Part shown: positions 29,624-38,145 of the stretch, piece after piece
Layout of the letters: each line of letters opens with the position of its first letter
Numbering within the stretch: position 1 is the first letter of the stretch
Source of the DNA: an uncultured Erysipelotrichaceae bacterium
Lineage (GTDB): Bacteria > Bacillota_I > Bacilli_A > RFN20 > CAG-826
Length of the DNA stretch: 64,000 nucleotides
Direction: 5' to 3'
NCBI GenBank assembly: GCA_902800025.1
Contig: CADCDA010000005.1
Span: forward strand, 36,900-100,899
The notes under the pieces: model-generated
What the model was told of the DNA's origin: nothing
What the model saw: the letters and a program-made list of their open reading frames with translations, nothing else
The model's database searches: none
Translations under genes and position numbers: made by a program

Positions 29624-31144
29624 ATGAAATTAAGACACTCATTAATTATTGGATGTTTAACAGCATTATTAGGTGTTGGTGCTTTTGTTTTTATACCATC
29701 TGCAAACCAGCCAAATGCCCAGAAAGCCGAAGCTAATAATACAACCGTGACCTTCTATGTTGCTGTTAATACCGCAGATATTGGTAGTAATAATATGACT
29801 TGTAATTTGAGACTCGGCGATGGAGACTATACTGATTATCAAAATATGACCATGGTTGAAAAGGGAATTACTTATAGTGGTAAAAATGTTTATTCTTATA
29901 CATTCACAGAAAAATATGGTGGCGCAGAATTCCATCTTCGTTATTTTGTTGGCGCTGTAGAGCACTATGTTCATGCTTCATATGGCGACTGGACAGCTGT
30001 TAGTACTTTTTCAGGAAAACTATATACTTTTGAAAGCGGTGAGGGATCGTCTTGGGTATCATATTCTATCCCAACCAGATATAGTCTTGTTGGATCTGGT
30101 AGCGGTTGGGAAAATGATATTGATCTAACTTCTAACGGTGATGGGACATATTCGACAATTAAAGATTTTGTGATTAATGAGCAATTTAAAATTAGACAAA
30201 ACCATTGTTGGTATGGAGGCTGGGGATATAACAATGTTTCTGGCACCGGTTCAACTTACTTTGTCGATTCTGATGGTAAAACTGGAAACAACTTTAAATG
30301 CACTTTTGGTGGCAATTATACAATCAAATTTAATCCGACCAATTCATCTTTTGTGATTACAGATAATACAAGCGAAACTTTTTCTTACATTTTAACAATG
30401 AAGGACGATTATTCCTGTGGATATCTATATAATAGTGATTCAGACAAATATTCGGAATGGATTCCTGCTCCAGCATTTTCATCTTTAGGCGGTGGACAAG
30501 CTTATAATGTTAAAATCGATTATAATAGTGATTACTATTATGGCTTATACAAAATTAGTGATAGGTATTTATCTTCATTTACTTATTTAATCGCCAAGAA
30601 AAGTGGTAACTATAGTGGAGCGTATGACAATCAATCTTGCACATTTACAGTGACCGATCCTCATAGTGTTTATATTTGTAACAATACAGCGACCCCTGTA
30701 TATGTTACTGGCACATCAACGTTATATAATGCTTTAGAGTTTATTTATGATTTAGTTGGCCATCGTGGAAACGCTTCATATGACAACCATAGTTTTGATT
30801 ATTCTATCTGTGCAACTTCCGTGTCTGAAGCAGAAAGACTTATTAATGCTTACGATAATGTTATCGGCGCTGGCGCTCAAGCCATTTGCGAAATCTCATA
30901 TTGCTATGTTTATAAGTTAACCGGTGGTTATAACGAAACAAATAAAGAATATCGTACAATTTCTGATATGGTTGACGCATTAAGACTTATTGTTGAGAAG
31001 AATTCAAATAACGGATCCCCAGCAAATGCGTTAGTCAACAATACAAGTGGTTCAGATACAACAATGGTTGCTATTCTCTCTTCATTTACCGCATTAGTAA
31101 CTGTTGGTGGATTCTTCTTCATCCGCAAAAAGAAAGTAATGTAA
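29624..31144 (+). CDS. Modular surface protein (SusE/F-like module, helical C-terminal domain + TM tail)
   Basis: SD GGAG 7 nt before ATG 29624; signal ending KAEA; YSLVGS..GW...FKIRQNHCW; ends in TM + RKKK. Confidence 0.85.
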   Translation: MKLRHSLIIGCLTALLGVGAFVFIPSANQPNAQKAEANNTTVTFYVAVNTADIGSNNMTCNLRLGDGDYTDYQNMTMVEKGITYSGKNVYSYTFTEKYGGAEFHLRYFVGAVEHYVHASYGDWTAVSTFSGKLYTFESGEGSSWVSYSIPTRYSLVGSGSGWENDIDLTSNGDGTYSTIKDFVINEQFKIRQNHCWYGGWGYNNVSGTGSTYFVDSDGKTGNNFKCTFGGNYTIKFNPTNSSFVITDNTSETFSYILTMKDDYSCGYLYNSDSDKYSEWIPAPAFSSLGGGQAYNVKIDYNSDYYYGLYKISDRYLSSFTYLIAKKSGNYSGAYDNQSCTFTVTDPHSVYICNNTATPVYVTGTSTLYNALEFIYDLVGHRGNASYDNHSFDYSICATSVSEAERLINAYDNVIGAGAQAICEISYCYVYKLTGGYNETNKEYRTISDMVDALRLIVEKNSNNGSPANALVNNTSGSDTTMVAILSSFTALVTVGGFFFIRKKKVM

Positions 31145-31173
31145 TTTTGTACTGATTTTATCTGAAAAAAATT

Positions 31174-31203
31174 GAAGTGGTGAGACATCCACTTCTTTCA
31201 TTT
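31174..31203 (+). terminator. Intrinsic terminator
   Basis: GAAGTGG-loop-CCACTTC followed by TTTCATTT. Confidence 0.7.
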
Positions 31204-31220
31204 GTGGTAAACACTAATTA

Positions 31221-31464
31221 ACTATATCTTTGATATAGATTTTTTCTGGTTGCCTTTATATTTATAAACAAATATAATGTCTCCAATATTATTTTTTGAA
31301 AATCCGTTGGTGATTTCAGAAAAGAATATACAAGAAACAAAGTGACAACAAAGAACAAGCGATTGAAACTTGCTACTATTGCCACATTTAATAACCTTTC
31401 AGTTTCTTGTTATATCTAGGAGATGAACTTAGACGTTGGTTATTTGTTAAGTTCAAGTGTAATT
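31221..31464 (+). promoter_or_regulatory. Operator palindrome + sigma-A promoter + structured 5' leader (copy B)
   Basis: CTATATC-TTT-GATATAG (31222-31238); TTGCCT-17-TATAAT (31250-31278); leader homologous to copy A. Confidence 0.75.
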
Positions 31465-32619
31465 ATGAAAGTTAGACATTCATTAATTATTGGTTGTATG
31501 ACAGCGTTATTGGGTGTTGGCGCTTTTGTTGGCGCTGGCACTAGTAGAGAAGTTAGAGTTGAAAAGGCTGAGGCTGCTACCTCAAATAGAGAAATTACTT
31601 TAATAAACGATACTTACTGGTGGTATACAAACGAAGATGCCATTAAAGTTCATGTTTGGGATGGTGGAGCAACTGATTCAACTATAAATATGGAAATGGT
31701 TGCTAATTCAGCAAGACGTAAATGGACAGCGACAGTTAATGTTAGCGACACATCAATGATTGAATTTATTAGATGTAGCGAAGATTATACAACAGATTGG
31801 AATTGGAGCAGCAAAACAACAATCAGTGATTGTGATTATTTCACTTTAAACAATGATGCTCCTGGCGGATATGATGGTGCTTCAATTACTCGTTCATATT
31901 CTAATGGAACTTACTTAAGAGGAACATTCCAAGATCCAGAATTTACTGATTATGGGCAAAAAAGAATGAGTGCTTCTGATAAAGATGGCTATTCTGTTAT
32001 GCTTAAAGATTTTACAATTACAAAAGCCACGCGTTTTAAGGTTGTTTATTACACTGACGGCGTTATGGAATGGGGTGGCAATATATCCGGACACTTATCT
32101 GATGACGATGCTAATTATCCGTTATATGAGTTCAGCGGTTCTGATGGATATTTAACAGCTAGTGGCACATATGATTTATATGTTAATACAACATCAAACG
32201 ATTATTATGTTGTTTCCCCAACAGGAAGATATGCTACAAAATTCTTAGAAGAGATTGTTTGCCCAGGCGAAGTTTACAGTGGCGGTAGTGAGAAGTGGGA
32301 TCTAATGTCTGGATTATTCACCTCTTCACTAAATAGTGGAGCAAGAGGAAAATTTACTTCTGCTTCTGCAAATATGAGCGGAACGATTGTTGAACAAGCA
32401 GTTGCTAGATATGATGCTGTTGTTAGACACTACGGCGCCAGTACATATGCAAATTATATGAGCAGAACAATTAGTCCTGCTCCAAGTGGCTCAATCGCTG
32501 TTGGACAATTATCAAACGACATGGCTAATAGTGGTTATTTTGCCGCAATTGCTTCTGCGTTTGTTGCGTTAATTGCAGCAGCAGGATTCGTTATTATTAA
32601 GAAAAAGAAATCAATCTAG
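31465..32619 (+). CDS. Modular surface protein (CBM26-like + SusE-like modules, helical C-terminal domain + TM tail)
   Basis: Signal peptide MKVRHSLIIGCMTALLGVGAFV is nearly identical to that of 29624, which fixes the start; WW...KVHVWD module; ends ARYDAVVRHYG + TM + KKKK. Confidence 0.85.
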   Translation: MKVRHSLIIGCMTALLGVGAFVGAGTSREVRVEKAEAATSNREITLINDTYWWYTNEDAIKVHVWDGGATDSTINMEMVANSARRKWTATVNVSDTSMIEFIRCSEDYTTDWNWSSKTTISDCDYFTLNNDAPGGYDGASITRSYSNGTYLRGTFQDPEFTDYGQKRMSASDKDGYSVMLKDFTITKATRFKVVYYTDGVMEWGGNISGHLSDDDANYPLYEFSGSDGYLTASGTYDLYVNTTSNDYYVVSPTGRYATKFLEEIVCPGEVYSGGSEKWDLMSGLFTSSLNSGARGKFTSASANMSGTIVEQAVARYDAVVRHYGASTYANYMSRTISPAPSGSIAVGQLSNDMANSGYFAAIASAFVALIAAAGFVIIKKKKSI

Positions 32620-32636
32620 TTAATAAAAAAAGATAT

Positions 32637-32664
32637 AGAGGGCTGAAAAGTCCTCTTTTCTTTT
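32637..32664 (+). terminator. Intrinsic terminator
   Basis: AGAGGGCT-GAAA-AGTCCTCT followed by TTTCTTTT. Confidence 0.75.
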
Positions 32665-32754
32665 GGGAAATTCCCATATAAGTAAGTTGGTTATTGAAAA
32701 TAAAAAATCTTTGATTTATTATTTGAGTGTTAATACACAAAGGAAATATTTCTT

Positions 32755-34185
32755 ATGAAAAAACATTTAGGTATTCTTCTTGCCGTTTCATCCTTACCAG
32801 GAAATCATGGAATCGGTGATTTTGGTGATTCTTGCTACAAATTAATTGATTGGTTAGCGGATAATGGATATGAATATTGGCAAACCCTTCCTCTTAATCC
32901 AGTTGGACCAGGTTATTCACCATATATGTCTACATCAAGCAATGCTTTAGAATATCGTTATATATCTTTAGATATGGTGTCTAAGATGGGACTTATTCCT
33001 AAAGTAGCGCCCCATAATCCAGACACTACTCATGTTGATTATTATGATGTTGGGGAATTCAAAAGAAGAGAGCTTTATCTTGCCTATAGAAAGTTTATTA
33101 AGAATCATAAGGAAACATTACATAAATTTAAAACTCAAAATCCTTGGGTTAATACATACGCGACTTTTGAAGTCTTTAAATCATTAAATGATAATAAGCA
33201 GTGGAATGAATGGGATGAAAGATTCCTTAATTATTTCAATCACCATAATAAGCCACCAAGAACATTTAAGACTGAAATTAACTTTGTTATCTTCCTTCAA
33301 TATTTAGCGCTTAAGCAGTGGAAGAGAGTTTTACGTTACGCGAAAAAGAAAAATATTAAGATTATTTGTGATATGCCATTCTATGTTGGTTTTGATGGAG
33401 TGGAATGTTGGCTACATAGAGACCAATTCCAAATCGGACCAGATAACAAGTTATTTGAAGTTGGTGGAGTTGGACCAGATGCTTTCTCTGATGTTGGACA
33501 ATTATGGGGTTCACCGATATATAACTTTGAAAGAATGAAGAAAGATAACTATAAGTTATTAATTGATAGAGTTGGCTATTTAGCATCTTTATGTGATTAT
33601 TTACGTATTGATCACTTTAGAGCGTTTGATACATATTATGTGATTCCAGCAGGTGAAGAAACCGCTCGTAATGGCGAATGGAAGATTGGACCAAGAGATG
33701 AATTCTTTAACGAATTATATAAAAGATATCCAAATATCAATTTGATCGCTGAAGATTTAGGCGATTTAAGACCTGAAGTTCTTGAATTAAGAGATCAATT
33801 CAATTTACCAGGAATGTTTATTTGTGAATTCACAATCTTTGATTTGAAACAAGAGTCCACAGAAAGACAATTAGTGTATCCAGGTACGCACGATAATGAA
33901 ACTTTATATGGATGGTATCTGAATTTAAACGATGACCAAAGATGGTTTATCGCTAATAGATTAAATACTACCTATGACGATGGTTTATATGATAAAATCG
34001 TTGAATATATTTATAAGATTCCAAGTTTAATGACTATTTTCCAATTACAAGATGTCCTTAAACTTGATAACAGTGGCCGTATGAATTGGCCAGGTACAGT
34101 CGGTGATCCAAACTGGACATGGAAACTTAAAGACTTCTCCTTCACTAAAGAAGTTAAGTATCCAAAGAAAGAATGGGTTGAATAG
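32755..34185 (+). CDS. malQ: 4-alpha-glucanotransferase (GH77)
   Basis: SSLPG..GIGDFG, SPY, GPDAFS..GQLWG.P, RIDHFRAF, AEDLG, GTHDN. Confidence 0.96.
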   Translation: MKKHLGILLAVSSLPGNHGIGDFGDSCYKLIDWLADNGYEYWQTLPLNPVGPGYSPYMSTSSNALEYRYISLDMVSKMGLIPKVAPHNPDTTHVDYYDVGEFKRRELYLAYRKFIKNHKETLHKFKTQNPWVNTYATFEVFKSLNDNKQWNEWDERFLNYFNHHNKPPRTFKTEINFVIFLQYLALKQWKRVLRYAKKKNIKIICDMPFYVGFDGVECWLHRDQFQIGPDNKLFEVGGVGPDAFSDVGQLWGSPIYNFERMKKDNYKLLIDRVGYLASLCDYLRIDHFRAFDTYYVIPAGEETARNGEWKIGPRDEFFNELYKRYPNINLIAEDLGDLRPEVLELRDQFNLPGMFICEFTIFDLKQESTERQLVYPGTHDNETLYGWYLNLNDDQRWFIANRLNTTYDDGLYDKIVEYIYKIPSLMTIFQLQDVLKLDNSGRMNWPGTVGDPNWTWKLKDFSFTKEVKYPKKEWVE

Positions 34186-34196
34186 GAGGGGTATAA

Positions 34197-34958
34197 ATGA
34201 AATTAACGAAAAAAGCCTTACTATTGACATCAATGATTCCTTTACTTGCTAGTTGTTCAACTAGCTCTATTGCGGGAACATATTATTTCCAAATGGGAAA
34301 AGAACAAGGAACCCATTTTGGAGTGTATTTATATTTAACCGATGAAGCATATATCCCAGAAGAAGGGGAAGATATCGGAGATGAAAGCTTCAAGAAATTT
34401 ATTTTTGATGCGAGTTTCCAATTCCCAACTGAAGAAGAAGGAAGTGCTTCTGAAGCTATCGAAAATATTTTGAAATATTTCCCTAACGGTATTCCTGGGT
34501 ATTATCGCTTAACCGATGAGAAGAATCCGAAGGGCGAACAAAGAATTAAAGTTGGTATTAATTACCATGATGTTTATGATACATTTAAACAAGTGTACAA
34601 AGACACTGCTGGAGAAGATTTTCCAGTAGATGAAGAAACATTAGAAACTTTAAATAACTCCGCGATTATTCAATCTCTTCTATATACGACATATAAAGAT
34701 AGCACAGTGAATATGTATATTCCTGTGAGTTTTGATGATGTCTATTACCAATTATATTGGTACGGAAAAGATATCAAAATCAATATTGAACAATTTGATA
34801 TCAGTATTGTGGATGTCACTCCACATGATTTGGGAACTCATCCAAAGGCGGAAGAAATTGAAGCAATTAATAAGACTTTTGAAACCGAACATCAAGGATG
34901 CTTGATTTCTACTTTTAGAGATTTTAACCAAGTCAAAATGGGACTTATCAAGAAATAA
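34197..34958 (+). CDS. Hypothetical lipoprotein
   Basis: Lipobox LASC; SD AGGAGG; abuts the ABC ATPase gene. Confidence 0.8.
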   Translation: MKLTKKALLLTSMIPLLASCSTSSIAGTYYFQMGKEQGTHFGVYLYLTDEAYIPEEGEDIGDESFKKFIFDASFQFPTEEEGSASEAIENILKYFPNGIPGYYRLTDEKNPKGEQRIKVGINYHDVYDTFKQVYKDTAGEDFPVDEETLETLNNSAIIQSLLYTTYKDSTVNMYIPVSFDDVYYQLYWYGKDIKINIEQFDISIVDVTPHDLGTHPKAEEIEAINKTFETEHQGCLISTFRDFNQVKMGLIKK

Positions 34959-35927
34959 ATGGAAGACAATAGAGAAGTAATTATTAACGTTGAACATTTA
35001 ACCAAGGACTATGGATATGGTCGTGGTGTTTTCGATGTCTCTATTAAAGTTCATAAAGGTGAATGTTATGGCTATTTAGGCCCTAATGGAGCAGGAAAAT
35101 CCACAACGATAAGACATATCATGGGCTTTTCAAAAACTTCCGTAGGAAAGGTCCAAATCTTTGGCGTTGATTCATTTGGTAACACTGATAAGATTCTTTC
35201 TCGAGTTGGTTATTTACCAGGCGAACCCGCAATCCCAGCCGGACTAGACGGATGGGGTTTCATCCATATGATGGAAGGGATGAGAGGGGAAGCTAATGAA
35301 GAAAGACTCAAATATCTTTTAGATTTATTTAAGTTTGATCCAGGTATGCCGGTTAAACAAATGTCTTTGGGCGAAAAAAGAAAGCTCGCCGTTGTGGCAG
35401 CCTTTATGAATGACCCAGATGTTTTGATATTAGATGAACCCACTAGTGGACTTGATCCAGTGATGCAGAAAGTCTTTATTAAATTCGTCATCGACGAAAA
35501 GAAAAGAGGAAAGACGATTTTATTAAGTAGTCATATCTTCTCTGAAGTCGATGCGACATGCGATACGATTTCAATTATTAAAGACGGACATCACGTTTCA
35601 ACATTTAACGCGAATGAATTAAAGAAATCACAAGATAAGACATTTGAATTATTCTTTATGAATAAAGAAGAACTTCATAATTATCTTGATAATTTAAATA
35701 AGTTTGAAGTTCTCGCTTCTAGCGATGATTTATTAATCGCTGTGATTAAATTCCCACACGATAAACATAACGAGTTTTTCCAAACCCTTAAGGGTGTAAA
35801 GATTACAAAGTTTGAAGAGAAACCATTCACCCTTCAAGACTACTTTATGTCTTTCTATAAAGAAGAGAGAGATTTTGGTGGTCTAGAAGGTGTTAAAGGA
35901 AACACTAAGGAAGGATTAAAGAAGTAA
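34959..35927 (+). CDS. ABC exporter ATP-binding protein
   Basis: GPNGAGKST, LDEPTSGLDP, SSH. Confidence 0.92.
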   Translation: MEDNREVIINVEHLTKDYGYGRGVFDVSIKVHKGECYGYLGPNGAGKSTTIRHIMGFSKTSVGKVQIFGVDSFGNTDKILSRVGYLPGEPAIPAGLDGWGFIHMMEGMRGEANEERLKYLLDLFKFDPGMPVKQMSLGEKRKLAVVAAFMNDPDVLILDEPTSGLDPVMQKVFIKFVIDEKKRGKTILLSSHIFSEVDATCDTISIIKDGHHVSTFNANELKKSQDKTFELFFMNKEELHNYLDNLNKFEVLASSDDLLIAVIKFPHDKHNEFFQTLKGVKITKFEEKPFTLQDYFMSFYKEERDFGGLEGVKGNTKEGLKK

Positions 35928-35928
35928 T

Positions 35929-37038
35929 ATGGCAAGTAATCATAAAACTTATTTCTATTACCTCCTTGGTGAAGATAATAACACTTGGGTGGTTAAAGAA
36001 AGTGAAACACCATTTGAAGAATATAAAGAAGAATCTTTAGTAAAAGAAGAGGACAAAAAAGCTTTAGAGGAATATATGGAGCATCCATATAAACCAAAAA
36101 AGAGCGAGGAACCTACAACTTTACAAAAAACTAAAGACGGCAAAGAGATTATTATTTCCGTTAAAGGATTAACGAAAGATTATGGCAAAGGTCGTGGTAT
36201 CTTTGATATTTCTTTTGATGTTTATAAAGGCTCGGTATTTGGCTATTGCGGTACGAATGGTAGTGGTAAAACAACAACATTAAGAAATATTATGGGCTTT
36301 ATTAAGCCTGATAAAGGAACAGTGACTGTTAAAGGATTAGATTCTTGGAAATATGCCTCTGAAATCAAAAAATATATCGGCTATCTTCCAGGAGAAATCG
36401 CCTTCCCTCAAGTTGAAAACGGCACACAGTTCTTAAAGATTCAAGCTGAAAGTATCGGTCTTACCGATATGAGTAAGGCAGAGAGCTATATTAACGCGCT
36501 TCAGCTCGACCCAACCGCGAATATGAGAAGAATGTCAAAAGGAATGAAACAAAAGACTGCTTTAGTCGCTGCCTTTATGCATTCTCCTGAAATTATTATC
36601 TTAGATGAACCAACAACCGGATTAGACCCATTAATGAGAGATGTCTTCGTCCATATGATCAAAGTGGAAAAGGCTCGAGGAGCAACCATCATCATGTCTA
36701 ACCATATGTTTGATGAACTAGAAGAAACATGTGATTATGTTGGATTTATTAAAGATGGACATCTTATAGATGTCGTCAATATGGAGGAATTAAGAAATCT
36801 TCCATATCGAGATTATAAGATAGTGTTTGAACACAAAGAAGATTATGAGAACTTAGACTTACGTAATGTCAATGTGTTAAGTAAAGATGATTACGAACAT
36901 TCGATATTAGTAAGAGTCGACTTAAAAGATACGAATAAGCTCATCACAAATTTGAATAAATACCCAATCAAATCAGTTACTGAAAAGAAACACACATTAG
37001 AAGAATTCTTTGTTAAAGATATAGGAGGAGAAGAATGA
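35929..37038 (+). CDS. ABC exporter ATP-binding protein with ~70-aa N-terminal extension
   Basis: GTNGSGKTT, MSKGMKQK, LDEPTTGLDP; paralog of the upstream ATPase. Confidence 0.9.
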   Translation: MASNHKTYFYYLLGEDNNTWVVKESETPFEEYKEESLVKEEDKKALEEYMEHPYKPKKSEEPTTLQKTKDGKEIIISVKGLTKDYGKGRGIFDISFDVYKGSVFGYCGTNGSGKTTTLRNIMGFIKPDKGTVTVKGLDSWKYASEIKKYIGYLPGEIAFPQVENGTQFLKIQAESIGLTDMSKAESYINALQLDPTANMRRMSKGMKQKTALVAAFMHSPEIIILDEPTTGLDPLMRDVFVHMIKVEKARGATIIMSNHMFDELEETCDYVGFIKDGHLIDVVNMEELRNLPYRDYKIVFEHKEDYENLDLRNVNVLSKDDYEHSILVRVDLKDTNKLITNLNKYPIKSVTEKKHTLEEFFVKDIGGEE

Positions 37039-38009
37039 TGGAAAATAGAAAACAATTTATCTCAAAACCATTATTTAAACAGTCAATGAAATCCTTATTA
37101 GGATTATGGATTGCCTTGATGGTTGGATCCGCTTTTATCTTTATTGCCATTAACTTAGCGATTGGTTCAAAAAACTTATTCACTAATATCGATATGGATA
37201 GTGTTACCGCTTATGTTAAGGAAGAAAATTTAAGCTGGCTTAAGATTTTAGGATTATTAGAAAAGATGGGATTCTCATTAAGCAGAATTCAAATCATGTC
37301 TCAAATCGACTTAAATAGTATTCTTAACGAATTAGTGTATAAGATCGCTGGCGTGTTATTACCAATGATTTATGTGATGATTGCCGCGAATAAACTAATT
37401 GCCGCTCAGGTGAGCGATGGATCAATGGCGTATGTTTTATCGACTCCAACGAATAGAAAGACCGTTATTAGAACTCAATATGTCTTCTTATTATTTACAA
37501 TTACAATTATGTATTTAGCAATTACTGTTGCTGCGACTGCTTCTGAAGGTATCAGCTTTGCAGTAGCAAAAGCAGGTAATCCAGAATTAAGTGGTAGTTG
37601 GAACCCAACTACAACATTACTTTTCTGTCTCGGTTCTTATTTAGCGATTTTTGCATTAAGTGGAATTTGCTTTGGAGCTTCTTGCTTCTTTAATAAATCC
37701 AGTAATTCCATCGCTGTTGGTGGAGGAGCATGTATTATTAGCTTCCTTTGCTGTATTTTAGGCTTATTTGGTAATGAAGTATTCGTCGCTGTCGGTATTG
37801 GTGTTAAGGCGATGTCTTTCTTCAATTATTTATCAATCTTCACTCTAGTGGATAATAGTTCAATGTCTTCCTTTGCTAAAGCATTAGCAGGATATGACGC
37901 CACGATTAGCTTCACCTGGATTTGGAAGTTAGCTATTCTTATCGCTATCGGAGTTGTCTTTGCGATGATCGGCGGTAGGAAGTTTGTTAAGAAAGACTTA
38001 CCATTATAA
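37035..38009 (+). CDS. ABC-2 type exporter permease
   Basis: Multiple TMs, DGSMAYVLSTP..R, C-terminal FVKKDLPL. Confidence 0.88.
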   Translation: MMENRKQFISKPLFKQSMKSLLGLWIALMVGSAFIFIAINLAIGSKNLFTNIDMDSVTAYVKEENLSWLKILGLLEKMGFSLSRIQIMSQIDLNSILNELVYKIAGVLLPMIYVMIAANKLIAAQVSDGSMAYVLSTPTNRKTVIRTQYVFLLFTITIMYLAITVAATASEGISFAVAKAGNPELSGSWNPTTTLLFCLGSYLAIFALSGICFGASCFFNKSSNSIAVGGGACIISFLCCILGLFGNEVFVAVGIGVKAMSFFNYLSIFTLVDNSSMSSFAKALAGYDATISFTWIWKLAILIAIGVVFAMIGGRKFVKKDLPL

Positions 38010-38026
38010 TCTATAGAATAATATAA

Positions 38027-38060
38027 AGGTCCGTTTCTTATGAAACGGTCTTTTATTTTT
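38027..38060 (+). terminator. Intrinsic terminator
   Basis: CCGTTTC-TTAT-GAAACGG followed by TCTTTTATTTT. Confidence 0.75.
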
Positions 38061-38145
38061 CTCTATATTTAGAAAATGACTTTTTTGATTATTTATTGCA
38101 TTAGGTATTCACATATAATTTGTCATTATTGTATAATGACTACGT

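Noticed and set aside
13270-32619. Cohesin-dockerin amylosome or sortase anchoring
   Set aside because: No duplicated dockerin Ca-binding loops, LPXTG or SLH motifs seen. DSDGDGTGD in the amylase is the normal GH13 Ca-binding loop.
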